From assembly GCA_963693365.1 (NCBI GenBank), contig CAVNZM010000003.1, forward strand, positions 1,824,768 through 1,888,767: 64,000 nt of DNA. The letters run 5' to 3'. The notes under the pieces are model-generated. The model saw only the letters and a program-made list of their open reading frames with translations, ran no database searches and was not told where the DNA came from. Position numbers and translations under genes: made by a program. Position 1 is the stretch's first letter; each line of letters begins with the position of its first letter. Positions 1 through 32,575 of this stretch are shown piece after piece. The stretch is from Amoebidium appalachense (lineage: Eukaryota; Protista; Ichthyosporea).

Positions 1-62
1 TTACACAGGGTAAGTGTGTGTGTGTATTGCGCATGTGTGTGTACTGTGTGTGACATTAAGAT

Positions 63-181
<119 letters not shown>

Positions 182-392
182 AGACGCAGTGTGTGTGTGT
201 GTGTTTGTGTGTGTGTGAGTGATTGTGTCACGTTTGCGTGTGTATTTGTGCACGCGTACACTTAGGCGTCTGTATATGCTTGTGTGTGTGTGTGTGTGTG
301 CCCTTGCGTGCATGTGTGTGTATGCACACGTCTGTGTGTGTATTCTTTGTGTGTGCGCATATGTGTGTCAAGTGTGTGTGTGTGTGTGTGTG

Positions 393-469
<77 letters not shown>

Positions 470-534
470 TGTGTGTTGCAATCCGGTGGGTGGGTGTTTG
501 TTAGAGTATGTGTCGTGTGTTTGTCTGTGTGTGT

Positions 535-583
<49 letters not shown>

Positions 584-646
584 TGTGTGTTTCAATCCCG
601 TGGGTGGGTGTTTGTTAGAGTATGTGTCACGTGTTTGTCTGTTTGT

Positions 647-691
<45 letters not shown>

Positions 692-750
692 CGCACGCGC
701 ACGCACACGCGTTCAGGTGTGAGTGTATGTCGACGTCAGTGAAGGTGTAC

Positions 751-794
751 GTTGTTATGCTCTCACGGTCCTCTTTCTAGCCTTCCCTCCCGGG

Positions 795-832
<38 letters not shown>

Positions 833-1148
833 TTCTTTCCCTCCCTCGCCAGGGGCACCTTGTTGCCCCGCCTCTCTTGTAGGTGCCTAGGGAGGGAGGT
901 GGTGGTGGGGGAGGGAGGAAGGGGGAGGAAGGAAGGCATAAGGAACTTCGGAAAGGGGGGGGGAGGGGGGGGGGGGGGGGGGGGGGGCTGGCGGGCAAAA
1001 GTGGGGTTTGGGTGGGGCGGCTGGGGAAGGTGGGGTCGATATGGAGAAGGTAACAGATCTGTGTAAGAAGTGTTGAAGTGAGCGAGGTCAAGCTGCCTTG
1101 TTTACATGTAGTTATTTGTGTGTTTATGTGTGTGTGTGTGTCACGGTG

Positions 1149-1206
<58 letters not shown>

Positions 1207-1215
1207 CTCTCTCGT

Positions 1216-1255
<40 letters not shown>

Positions 1256-1776
1256 ACTCTGGTGTGTACGTGTGTCTGTGTGTGTGTGTGTGTGTACGAC
1301 ATGTGTGTGTGCGTGTGTGCGTGTGTGCGTGTGTGTGTGTGTGTTTGTGTGTATTTTTGTTTGTATGTGTGTGTGTGTTTCTTACGGCCCGGTGTTCTTG
1401 CCTAAGTTAGTTGTGTAGAGGGGGGACTAGTACGGGCGGGCCTTCCCATGCAGTCAGGGGCGGGCAGGTGGGTGGTTATGGGCAGTGTATAAGTTGAGCA
1501 TGATGGGGGTGGGACAAACTTGAGCCTATGCCTGAACAACCAAGTCATGTTTATTTGGCTTCTTCTGAGTGGTAGCACCAAAACCCCACTGTTTGCACCT
1601 TCTAGAACGGGCGTACAGTGGGACAAGCTCCGGTAACAGGTTTGAGGTGTAGTGGCTTGTTGTCGATGACACAAAAAAAGTTGCAATGACCGGGTTAAAG
1701 TGGTCTCTGCATAACCTTTGGCTCTTATAGGTTCTTTTTCACTCTACTGGGCCACGTCACGGCGTCTTCTAACCAT
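751..1776 (-). CDS. Possible 5' micro-exons of an unidentified minus-strand gene running off the left edge
   Basis: Minus-strand ATG at ~1776. A 16-nt candidate micro-exon at 1386-1401 is flanked by ctaacttag and gtaagg, and a further ag-flanked segment starts at 776. The tentative peptide is MVRRRRKNTGPKRT. TG-rich plus strand at 1-1400 matches the intron asymmetry of the other minus-strand genes. No homology recognised. Confidence 0.2.
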
Positions 1777-3913
1777 AGTTCCGTGAACCACACACCATAC
1801 CACCACGTCCACAGATCTAGACTCCGGAGGTAGACTGCAGCTCTACTGATGAGCAGGCATGTGCGTGCGGGGCTTTTGATTGTTTAACCAATATTTTAAA
1901 CTGTTGTTATTTGTGTCATATACATTACTCACTACTCTAAAAGTGCGCTTATACTAGCTTAAAGTAGGTTAGATAGAGTCGCTTCAGTTCTTGTAGGTGT
2001 TGTAAGTTTCGCACGGAAAACCATGGCGCCGCGGCTGCGCAGTCTGCACACGGGAAGGCCCTATGTGTGGCTCCAGAGCCGCATTCCACAGATCGGCCTA
2101 TTATAGATCCAAAGTGGTCCTATGTGCGTCTATGTGCGAGTAGTGCGATTGCTTTAAGTGTTATGGTTAGACCCTGTGTGCGAGTGCATAGCATATGTGG
2201 ATGAGTGGGTGAGCTGTGTGTGTGTTACCTGTGCGTGCCACAGTGTTCGGGAGTGCGTGTGTGTGCACGTGAGCTTGTGAGTCTCGTCACGGATTCTGTT
2301 CGGTTAGCCAATCATAATGCCTTAGTAGTTACCATAAATGTTTCAGCACAGTCACACGAACACGAATCGACAGACCGGCAAGCCTGAGGCGTCAGCGACT
2401 GTCGACGTACACGTACGCATGATCATCTTGAGAAACCTTGTGGGTTAGCGACCGCACACAGAAAAGAAATGACTCATTATGTAGGCTGTGTATTGATTAT
2501 CGGTTGTTCTCATATTCTCTCTTATGGCGCTACATACCTACTGTACGGATGTACATATTACATATGTATACAGCTACATGTAACGAAACTACCATCATCC
2601 ACGCGTACGCATGATGTACATGCCACACTGCCCACACAAAACACGATATCATCACCGTTGCACCCCAACAACATGACGCCCACCGCCTAAGTTTTTTCAC
2701 ACAGTGTTCAGGTATCTCAGTATGCACTTGTTACTGGATAACTCGTGAAGTTTTTATTGTCTTCTCAGTATGCCGTGCATACTTGCATATCTTTCCGTCG
2801 AATAAATCCAGTCAAAAGAAAAAAGAAAAAAGTTTCGGTCGTCAGCTATCTTTCAAATGCATTATAAAAGACAGCGCCTGCCATTCACTTTTTTAGGGCC
2901 TAGTGATACTGTACGGTTCAAGTACAAAGCCACGAGTTGTCAGAAAACAAAAACGAGTCGTGAGAATACAAGCTCCACTCTAAATCTCTTTCAAGTTTCT
3001 CTTTTTTCTTCTCTCTCCTCTCTTTCTCTCTCCCTCCCGTTTTGCGTAAACCTTTGTGTTTCCTTAACTCCAGACGGCAACAGGTGAGCCGCATACTTAA
3101 TCAACCCTATTGAATTGCCTCATTGGATTGCAGAAAGAAAAAAAAAAAGACAGGAAGGAAAAACACGAAGACAAAACTAACGTCTTATCCACACGGAACC
3201 ACACTGATTCATTGAAGTTTGAAACTTCATTCACACACGCAAAATAATTTTTGTTTCTCGTATTTCTCTCTCCTTGATGTTCTTAACGTTTTTGGGGGAC
3301 CATTTACGTAATACTACAAAATTTAGACAGGCATGAAAGTGCAATTGCATGTTCTCCCCCTCCTCCCCCCCTTCACCTACCCTCCGCGCCCTACTCTCCC
3401 GCCCCTTTATGTAAGGGTCTCTCTCCCTTCCCTAACACACACAGACACAGATGCAAAGACAGAAATACAGACACTTTCCCCCTGAAGTTCGTTTATCTTT
3501 TTTTCCTCCAACTTTTTTTCTATTTCTGCTCCTGGACACTTCCCTGTACCTCGTGGCGAAGGAACACATGCCCAGCGTACCCCCACCCCACCCCTCCCCC
3601 TCCTAGGCCTCCCCTCCCCAAGTCCCACCACACCCCACACACATGCCATGTCACATTCTGCCTCCTGTCTCCTCCCCCCCCCCCCCCCCCCCCCCGGGAC
3701 CCCCCGGCGCGCGGCCCCCCCCCCCCTTCCCCCTCCCTCCCCCCCCCCCCCCCTCCCCCCAGGCCCCAAAATTCTAATTCAGGCCACCCGTCCGTGCTGC
3801 AAAGCTGATACTATCACATATAGCCACTCTACTCCTCTCCCACCCTCTCTCCTTTCCTCCCACGTGTTACACACCCACCCAGCTCAACAACCCTCCGGTC
3901 TCGCGTTCTCATC

Positions 3914-3947
<34 letters not shown>

Positions 3948-4025
3948 ACCCACCCATTCAACACACACACACGTACACAACAACACAGCGTGGACGCGTG
4001 CACAAGTAATTTGAAGCACACACAA

Positions 4026-4064
<39 letters not shown>

Positions 4065-4369
4065 CATACACACAAGCGCACAAGCTCACACACATGCACA
4101 CACGCCCGCACACACATGCACAAAGTCACGCACACACACGGGCCCGGACGCCCGCACACACACACACACACATGCACACACACATGCACACACGCACGCA
4201 CGCACGCACACACACGCACACACACACATACACACACGCACACCGGCACACACACACACACACACACGCACCCGGTCCCGCCCCCCCCCTCCCCCCCCCT
4301 CCCCTCCCCCCCTCCCCCCTCCAAAAAAAAATAAAAAATAACACACACTAAAAAAAGACCACAGGCGCC

Positions 4370-4787
4370 ATGTCGTCAGCGCACCACGAGATTTCCATGC
4401 ACGACGGGCCCTCGTTTGCAAACGAGGTCTACTCACACCCCCAGCTGTCGTGGCGCAAGGGCACGGACAAGGGGGAACACTGGGTGATGAAGAAAAAGTT
4501 TATGGAGATGGACGTGGGGGTGGTGACAGTGGAGGGGGCGGTGGACCTCAAGATGATCAACGATGACAGGTGAAGGGCATCAGTCCCTTTCTTTCCCCCC
4601 TTCCGAACTTTTTTTCTTTATGCCCAGTTTGGTTCCTTCTATCTCCCTTCTTCTCCTCTCCCCCCCCCCCCTTTTTCCCCATTCATTTTGTCTTCTTTTT
4701 TTTTTTTTGATGGCCACGCCATAGGCGAAGTGTTAAGAGAAAAGAGAGGGTCTGTATGTAGGGAAGGGGGGGGGGGGGGGGGGGGGG

Positions 4788-4829
<42 letters not shown>

Positions 4830-4989
4830 AAGAGCAGCTTGGGCACGGATACCCAAAGTGTGCACGTCTCTCTCTGTATGTAAATTGTGTAACACATGTG
4901 CATTGACCGTTTATCGTCGTGCACTCAGTTGACATCTGTCCTGTTTTTTTTTGTTTTTTTTTTTTTGTTTTTTTTTGTTTTTGTTTTTT

Positions 4990-5034
<45 letters not shown>

Positions 5035-6223
5035 TATGCATTAAGTGTCTGTTTGACTATGGCGGACGCTCTGTATTTGTTTCTGTGTGTGATTTGTGCA
5101 CGAGCTTCGCTTAGTCAAGTGTGCTACTTAAACACACATGTATGACGAGTTGTGTACCCCTCCCCCCCCCCCCCCCCCCCCCCCCCTCCGCCCCCCGAAA
5201 AAAACAAAAACAAACAATCTTTCCCCATTCCTAGTTCTAACATGCCATCTCCGTGTTGATTTCTTTGTTTCATTTCGAAGCACTCTCTTTTCCAAACACT
5301 CCCCCCCCCCCCCCCCCCCCTCCCCCTCCCCCCCCCCCCTCCCCCCCCCCCCCCCCTCCCCCTCGGCCCCCGGGGATAACACTCTTACACACCCTTTACC
5401 CACGGCTCCTTGGCGATATAGGACCTTTCTCTTACGGCTACGCACATGATGTCACCACTGTCCTCAAACTAACTTATGAAATTAACGCCAAAAATCCACA
5501 GGACCAGTGAGGAGTTTGCGGGCATGCGGGCCGACATTCTTCATCTGGGTGAGCTCAACAAGACGCTAGGCAAGATGGGCTGGGTGGGCGGGGGCACGCA
5601 CGAGGTGGTCCCCTTCTTCCACCCCATTCCAAAGGGCAGAGCCTTCAGCCCCTCCTTCCTCTACAAGGACGTGCTTGGACTGCATCCCATGGCTTATGAG
5701 ACGTATGTATCCTCCCCACTTCAGCCTTCCCCCCTCCCCCCCCTCCCCCCCCCCTCCCCCCGCCCCCGGACACCCTTGGAAAACCCTGCATAGTTGGCTT
5801 TTTTTCCCGGGTCGATCACTGCGAAACCTGCCCCCCGGATCCCCCAAATCTTCCTATTGTGGGGTGCGTCGTATGTGTGTAACCATGCTCCCGGGAATTT
5901 GAGACCCCATTTCCATATCTGTGTAACAGTATGTAACTAGTAACTACGGGAAAATGGAGCTTCGTTATACCAGAATCCCCCTCTTTAGTGTAAGACTACT
6001 GATTATAACAATATGTAGGACCACATCCAGTCCTATGTCTGTAACGGAATCTTCCGTGGCCCAAATCCCGAAACCGGAAAATCGTAAATCCGCTGTTACA
6101 CACATACGACTAGCCCCACACATATGAGTTTTGGGGGATCCGCCCCCCCCCCCCCCCCCCTCCCCCCCCTCCCCTTTTTTTCCTGCCCCCTACCCTAACC
6201 CCCCTTTCCCCTTCAGCCCCCCT

Positions 6224-6271
<48 letters not shown>

Positions 6272-6439
6272 CACTGGGGTAAAAAAAAAAAAAAAAAAAA
6301 AAAAAGGAAAAGGAAAGAAAAGAAAACCAAGCGAAAAAAATTGGAGCAAGCGGATAAGATGATACTCAAGAGTGTTACGGTCTAATCTGCCGTTACATGT
6401 TCGTGTATCGCATCATCAACTTCTGCTGCACAACTCCCC

Positions 6440-6470
<31 letters not shown>

Positions 6471-6494
6471 AAAAAAAAAACACACACACACACC

Positions 6495-6550
<56 letters not shown>

Positions 6551-7229
6551 AAAAAAAAAAAAAAAAAGGAAAAAATAAACAGGCAAACAGAAGTCAAGAG
6601 CCGTCTTGATCACGTTACACTAAAAACACAAACACACAGAAACCCTCCTCTCCACCGTTTCTCCTCTCTCTCCAATCCCCTGGCCCATAAAACCCATTTC
6701 TCACATAAAAATATGCCCCCTCCTTCCCCCCTCCTCTCCCTTCCTCCCCATCCCCCCCATCTCCCCTTGCCTCAACCCCCCCCCCCCCCTCCCCCCCCCC
6801 CCCCCCCCCCCCCCTCCCGTTCCGCCCCTCCGCTCCGCCCCTGCCCCACCCCCCCCTCTCAACACCACAAACACCAATTCATCCCCCCCCCCCCCCCCCC
6901 CCTCCGCCCCACACACACTCCCACCCACAGCCCCGGTGAGAAGACCGCCGGTGGTGGCATCCACTGGCCCCCCGCCACCATGCTGTGGCCTGCCCCCGTG
7001 TGTGAGGATGTTTCTGCCCCCGACCGTTTGCGCAAAATGCTGCTCGAAAATGTCGACCCCCCCCAAGCATGACGTCATTGCGGAGTGTGAGGAGCACATT
7101 CAAGAGCAGCTCGATCACGTGAAGTACTTTCGCATCGGCGACGACCGCTTCAACCCAGTGCTCATTTTCGTGCTCGGGCTGACGGCTCACCGCAATATGG
7201 GGGGGTTCGTGACGGTTGTCAAGTCCTGA
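4370..7229 (+). CDS. Nuclease A inhibitor (NuiA)-like protein, 3 coding exons
   Basis: Exons 4370-4569, 5502-5702 and 6931-7229 are joined by phase-compatible GT-AG introns. One extra C in the C-run at 7057-7064 breaks the frame and is probably a homopolymer error. The C-terminus [43 protein letters not shown] aligns by eye with the NuiA C-terminal beta-sheet motif. A probable 5'UTR exon ends at 3083 (cag|gtgagc). Confidence 0.65.
5836..6142. mobile_element. MITE with ~48-bp imperfect terminal inverted repeats, in intron 2 of the NuiA-like gene
   Basis: 5836-5883 (cggatcccccaaatcttcctattgtggggtgcgtcgtatgtgtgtaac) is nearly the reverse complement of 6095-6142. The interior is non-coding. Confidence 0.75.
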
Positions 7230-7587
7230 ATGTACTGTGTTACTGGGAGTTTGGGTTCTATGGACCGATGAAGATTGACAATAACAAACGGCGTGCGAGT
7301 TGGATGATTATGGGACGAGTGTTTGTATACTATCTATTCTATATAGGGAAGGAATTCACATCTCTTCTAATGTATTACAGGGCTTCATTTTCTTATTTTT
7401 CTTGGGGCTTTTTTCGGCTGACGCTGTGTATGTCGTACTCAGATGAGCGGGAGAATATGCACATGTGTGCATGTAGCGATATGCCGGAGGTTATCTCCAC
7501 AAACCAACAAAGAAATTTCTGAATAAATACAGTAACTGGAAACCAGACCGGATTCTTACTTGCACGATACGATCTGTATGAAGCAAC

Positions 7588-7638
7588 TGATTGTGGTACT
7601 TGCAAATGGGGGTGATTGTGGTACTTGCAAATGGGGGG
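7588..7638. repeat. 25-bp direct tandem duplication (tgattgtggtacttgcaaatggggg x2)
   Basis: Seen directly in the sequence. Confidence 0.8.
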
Positions 7639-7726
7639 AAATTTGTACCCGGGCATCTAGATGTACGTACCAAAATACGTGCGTGGATGTGCACATATAA
7701 CTAATATGTATACGTATGTTCTGACA

Positions 7727-7758
<32 letters not shown>

Positions 7759-7814
7759 GGTGTGGGTGTGGGTGTGGGTGCGTGTGTTGTGTGTTGTGTG
7801 TTGTGTGTTGTGTG

Positions 7815-7848
<34 letters not shown>

Positions 7849-8245
7849 GTGTGTGTGTGCGTGTGCGTGTGCGTGTGCGTGTGCGTGTGTGTGTGCGTGT
7901 GCGTGTGTGTGTGCGTGTGCCCAAGCGCGTGAGCGTGTATATGTGAGTCGAGCAGTGGTCCATGCACACCTGAGCTCAACTGCGTGTGCACATGCACCAC
8001 CTAACTGTACTACGGGTGGGTGTTTATCTGCATGAAATGTGCATGTTTGTGTATGCCAGTATATCCATCTGCTGCACATGCTTGTGGCCACGTATGGCTC
8101 CGGTTACCTGCCTATCTATACATGTGCACGTGTTGGATTCGATTAGGTGTTATCGAATTTAAATCTAAATGCGCCGTGTGGCACATTAATTAAGTGTTCG
8201 AAGTGTGGGCACATATTCAACGGTTGATTTGCATGTGCGTGTGTA

Positions 8246-9323
8246 TTTTTTTTATTTTTTATTTTATCACGTTTTGTTCCCGGAGGGCCTTTTCAGGCCC
8301 TCTAGGGAAACTACCGTCTACCACACAGCACCGACAGTACACTAGTTAAGGTGCTATCTATGAGTTCAGCTAAGCTAAACCATCCTTCACAACCTAACTA
8401 AAAGTACACACTTTGCCCAGGGCTACTACCCCAGCCACGCCGGCAGGAGGCACCAGTCCTCCCCTCCATTCAAAACCTAGCAATAAACGTTAACCGAGGG
8501 CTCTCATTGGTCGATCTACCGTATTGGGAAGTCCTAGGTGTTGTGTATAATATTTACGGTGGGTATGGGTGGATGATGGGGTGTGGTGGTGGTGGTGGTG
8601 GGGGGTTGCTGCCTAACATTATGTGTTGTTGTACGTATGTTGTGGCGATGTTTTTGTGGACTAAAAGGTGGGTTTTACAGGGCACACCGGGTCTGTGTGT
8701 GTTCCGGCAGTCAGAACAGGCCGGCCGGGTGTGTGTGGGGGGTGTATTTGTTGGTGTTTTGGGTTTTTGGAGAGCCATACTTTTCTTTCTACGGGTGGTG
8801 GGTATATGGTGGTGTTTTTGCATTTTGGGGTGGGTGGGGGGGAGTGTTGTGTTCCGTGGGTGCCAAATTTTTGAAAAGAAAAAGGATTGCAACTCTACTG
8901 TGATTTTTCCTAAGATGGCCCGGGTGGTGGTCTTGGTGGTGCCGGTGGCTGCAAGTAGTGGGCCCACCGATTGTGGGCAGAATCCCCGTTCGACCCACTT
9001 GGTGTCTTCGGGGTCAGGTGGGTCACCGTTGCCTCCTATCCAGTTTATCCATGCACATTGGTCTACCACCGTGGCTGCCGTATGGTGGTGCTGTGCCGTG
9101 GGGGTGTTTGGATGACGAGTGTGCAGGACGTTGTGGATGCAGGCTGTGATGGCGGTGGTCAGGGTGGGGACTTCCCCGGCATGGGCCGGGCAGGCCCAGA
9201 GGTGGGTGGTGGTCTCAGGGTGCTGGCTGCACCGGGGGCATGTGGGCTGTGTAACGACGGTGGGGTGATCTCGATGTAGCCGTGCCATGGTAGGCAGGGT
9301 GCCCATGGCCAGGGACAGGCTAC
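8246..9323 (-). mobile_element. 5'-truncated non-LTR retrotransposon (LINE) with ORF2 C-terminal zinc knuckle, 3'UTR and A-rich tail
   Basis: The peptide GTLPTMARLHRDHP...CPRCSQHPETTTHLWACP matches the zf-RVT/CCHC motif, and the stop is at 8554. A T-rich tract (poly-A tail on the minus strand) lies at 8246-8266. A perfect 15-bp TSD gcatgtgcgtgtgta is at 8231-8245 and 9324-9338. A GAAA-tetraloop hairpin at 8277-8309 precedes the tail. Confidence 0.9.
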
Positions 9324-11377
9324 GCATGTGCGTGTGTACAGGTGTGCGCTTTTGTGTGTGTGTATCATTACGGTTGCCGCGTTTAATTTCTCCACAAATG
9401 CATGGTGCGTATACGTAGCCTGTAACACACGGTGGCAAGAAGTGGCACGTGGCATGGGTCCCTGTAAGCACGTGTGATGGCCCTCTAAATTGAGTGGAAT
9501 ATAGCAGGCCACCCACGGTGTGTCGACTCGGAGAGTATCCTCTTATATATATTATGGCTTTATACAATTTAGCCACATAAACCAGCACAGAGGAGGTCAT
9601 GATCAATCGGTACCCATGCCACCGAGTGTGTTGTGCTACCAACAACCATGTATACATACTAGGTTGTGATACATGTGGTCATGCATACATAAAGTGCACA
9701 CGTGTGTGCCAAATGTGGCGATGCACAGATGGGAAATGCCGACATGGGCCAGACATGGGCCAGACATGCACAAGGGCCATGGCCACTGCTCGACCGTGCC
9801 CATGCGGGGATGTTACACACATTGCCTCGTAAACAGCTATAAAAATCCCTGCTACCTATGCAAACATACCATGCGTGTGCACGTAACATCTTTGAGGTGT
9901 TTGTTCACGTGGCTGGTCACGTGTGTTCGTCGCCTTTGGCTTGAAGACAGTGGATTTTACGCAAATTCCAACCAATCGGAAGGCGGATAAACACCACAAA
10001 GTGGCGCCAAAACGGAAACCTTCACTCCGCGGTGGTGATCACTTCCGAGATTCATGAGTTGCGCTTGAGTCACCCATGTCCATGTTTGCAGGCTGGATGC
10101 TATTAGAGTGTAGGGCTTTTATGATTGTGATTCTATTAGGTGCTTGCGTTAATATACGCCACCGACGCCGACCTCTCGTCTGCATTTGGACTAAGAAGCG
10201 AGTGAATTGACGATATAGCACACACCAGCAGACAGGTAGGCTGCTTGAGCGAGATTCTACTGTTATGGGAGGGTGCTCAGGAAGAACCAAGATCTTAAAG
10301 ATGTTTTACAGGTGTTAAAGAAGAGAGAAAATGATAGTAGGTGTTTGTAGGGACATGTAGCACGGGATAGGGAGCGAAGAGGGAAGGGGCAGGGGAGATG
10401 GGGAGAGAGGGGGGTGGAGGGAGAGAGAGAAAAGGGGGACGGGGGGGGGGGGGAGGGGGGGAGGGGGGGGAAGGACAAGGGGAGTGAGAGTGAGAGACGG
10501 AGCTGGGAAGAGAGGGAGGCATAGGAAGAGGGGGGAGTGGGGGGCATGGGAAAAAATGATTGAGGCCAGACACAGAGATACGAGAAGGGGTGATAGAGAG
10601 ATATGGAGCGAGAGGAGGGGGTTTTTGGTGGGGGGGGGGGGGGGGGGAGAAGGGGGGGCGGGAGACAGAGAACAGATTTAGATGGCCAGAAGAATGAAGG
10701 AGGGGCGGGGAGAGGGAGGGAGAAGAGAGAGAGAGAGAGAGGGAGGGAGGGAGCGAGGGAGCGAGGGAGAGAGGGAGGGGGGGGGAGGGGGGGAGAGATG
10801 AGAGAGAGGGAGGAAGGGGGAGGGAGGGAGGGAGGGCGAGAGGGAGAGAGAGGAAGAGTGGGAGAGGGAGGGAGTGAGGGAGAGAGAGAGGGACGAAGGT
10901 AAGGAACGAAAGAGGGAGAAGGCGGAGGGGAAAGCGGGTGGGGGGCGGGTTGGCAGGGTAAGGGTGGGAGCAATATCGTTTAGAGGATAACGTTTTTTTT
11001 TTTCTCTCTTTCTGGGGGGGAGGGGGACTTGCTGCCACAGGTAACAAGTAGTTCATTTTGTACTGATGAGGGAGAGAGAGGGAGGGGGTGAGGTTGGGAG
11101 GATGTGAGCACGGGAGTGGGGGAAGGAATGGGGGTGCCCCCCCCCCCCCCCCCCCCCCCCCAACACACACACACACACGGTTCTATCCGGTCGTGTCCAG
11201 CATTTGTAGCATCAGCTGGCGTCGCCTATAGAACGTGAACTAATGTCACTCCATTTAACTTGGACTCGTGCCTTTCCAAGCCCATGCCATTCTGAAGTAA
11301 CACATGATTCCATTCCAGGCACATCACCCACACACCTCACGGGACCAATTGGTGTAGGTTATCTTTGGGCTGCAGCT

Positions 11378-30045
<18,668 letters not shown>

Positions 30046-30048
<3 letters not shown>

Positions 30049-30340
30049 TACTGTGTGCATGAGAAGTCACTGTGTGCATATGGTACTGTATGCATGCAAT
30101 CACTGTGTGCATATGGTACTGTGTGCATGCAAGCACTGTGTGCATTGGGTACTGTGTGCATGCAATCACTGTGTGCATATGGTACTGTGTGCATGCAAGC
30201 ACTGTGTACATTGGGTACTGTGTGCATTTGGTACTGTGTGCAATCACTGTGTGCTTTGTACTGTGCGCACACAATCACTTTGTGCATGGTACTGTGTGCA
30301 TTTGAAGATTTCAATTTTTCCTTAGTACTGTGTGCATGGA
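30046..30340. repeat. Minisatellite of 13-16 bp units (gtactgtgtgcat / atcactgtgtgcat) starting at the Nup88 stop codon
   Basis: Roughly 18 degenerate units with a ~30-bp higher-order period, seen directly. Confidence 0.85.
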
Positions 30341-30642
30341 AAGCCACTGCAATGCACGGTTTGTACACGAATAATACCCACTGTGTGCAGATGAAATCAC
30401 CACGGCACAGCGCCGCTTGCACGTGATTCCACTAGTGGCTCACGAATCCACTGTCTGCATAGTATTATAGGCATATATTACTGGAACATATCAATGAAAT
30501 TACTTTCTGCAATGTACATGATTTATCGATTGAAGTATCACAGAAATAGTGTAACGGGCCCATTATGAAGGAGACACCCCATGGTTTACAGTCATACATG
30601 GTTTGCAGTAATACAATGCCATAGTAGAGCTCGCACATAGGT

Positions 30643-30674
<32 letters not shown>

Positions 30675-30723
30675 ACACACACACACACACACGTACACAC
30701 ACGCATACACACACGTACACACA

Positions 30724-30811
<88 letters not shown>

Positions 30812-31667
30812 CACACACACACAAACAGAAGATTGCGACCAAGTTGTCACTTTTGCACGGCCCCACTCTGTTTGCATCCCGAATCTTGTCGCTCGTGGAT
30901 ATTTTAGTGAGTCCCTTCTTGTCAGCAAGGCTTTTGGTTTGTTTGAAATTTGACTTGGCCGGCTCCATGTGTACGAAAGAACGAAATAAAGTATTTATTC
31001 ATTCCTGTAGCGTATTTATGCGCTTTGGGTGCAAATCGAGGGGAGAGACAGGGATCCGAGGGGGCCGGGAAAGTTGGGGGGGGGGGGGGGGGGGGGGGGG
31101 GGGAGGGGGGGTGCTGACAAATGTGGTGCCAGAGTGTACTACCGGCCATTTTATTGAACCCAAGCATGTCGTCTTTGCTGTCTTTGATACTTTCATGCCG
31201 TATATCCACTATATATCTCTTAGAATTAACAGTTAATACGCCCGTGCACTTAGATAGTCTGAAATAACCATATATGGTGCATATTGAACACATGACATAC
31301 GATTGGGATATTGTTCGTCTTCGAAATTTACACATTCAATTGTGTCACATTCGTCATTATAATTTGCTGTGTGGGTGCGATTACCCAAATTAAGAATAGT
31401 TCCATGCATATGTGCATGCATGTATACATGTATGTGCCAGCCGAGGAAAAACTATAAAATCTAGGCAACGAAGTCCAAGTGTGTGTGTGTGTGTGCGCGC
31501 GCGCGTGTCCAAGTGTGTGTGTGTGTGTGTGTGTGTGGTATACATGTGTGTGTGTGCACGCACGCGCGCGCGTATACACGTGTGCGTGTTTCGGTCTGTG
31601 CGTGTGTGCGTGTGTGTGTCTGTGTGGTGTTTTTGAATTGATGCTTGGTAAGGTTCCGCTCGCTGGC

Positions 31668-32147
31668 TCAGTCGGTCTTGACGGTAAGAGTGCCCTTCCA
31701 CAGTGATCGTAGGTCCCGAAAGAACTCTTTTTCCTGTGCAGAGAGTATATGGACATCAGGACACCATACACGTGCATGCTGCGTGCACTTGCATATGTGT
31801 GAGGCAAGCAGGGAACTGGTGAGGATTGCAGTAACTTCATTGTGGTGGCACGTGTATGCATGTGATAGGACGCAATCGGATGTGTTTTTCGTGGTCGACG
31901 TGTAACTCCTAAAGCAGCTGAGGACAGCTGCAGAAGAAAAGGGGAGGGGGGGGGGGGGGGGGGTTTGAGGGAAAACGAGAGGGGGCAGCAGGGGGGGGGG
32001 GGGGGGGGGGGGGGGGACGGTGTGTGAAAAGCCTGCTATAGCGGGGACGGGGAATGGGGAGCAGATTCGTGAGGGGGGGCTCTTATTTCTTTCTCTCTCT
32101 CTCTCTCTCTCTTTCTTTTTGTTTTTTTGTTTGTTTGTTTGGGAGGA

Positions 32148-32213
<66 letters not shown>

Positions 32214-32543
32214 TCACCCAAAGGACTATGCGTGTGTGTGTGCAGGCGTGTGCGCGGGTGGTGGTGGTGGTGTCCGTCTGTGAGCGTATTGGTGTCTGTC
32301 TCTCTCTCTCTGTGTGTGTGTGTGGTGTGTGTGGCAGGGGGGGGAGGGGGGGGGGGGCTTTGTATTGCACATACCTTCCAAGCCGCAATAGCAGCTGTAG
32401 CCAGCAGGCACACAGCCCCCACGGCAATGTGGATGGCCCGTAAACGGTAGCGGTGAGGAAGAGAGGAGGTGTGGGCTTCCTGCTCTTCAAGCTGGGGTGG
32501 AGGGGGGAAGGGGGGGGGGGGGGGGGGGGGGAAAGGAGATGGG

Positions 32544-32575
<32 letters not shown>

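Noticed and set aside
479-645. Two copies of a ~50-bp unique segment inside (TG)n
   Set aside because: This is ordinary local slippage duplication with no structure or coding signal.
7057-7064. Programmed frameshift or pseudogenisation of the NuiA-like gene
   Set aside because: A single extra base in a C homopolymer is most simply a sequencing error in this homopolymer-rich assembly.
9324-9657. N-terminal third of ORF 8554..9657 as part of the LINE protein
   Set aside because: It lies outside the TSD, so it is chance read-through into flanking DNA.
30830-30968. Short ORF MEPAKSNFKQTK... between the Nup88 and RFT1 3' ends
   Set aside because: It has no recognisable motif, runs into a TG repeat, and has no supporting exon chain.
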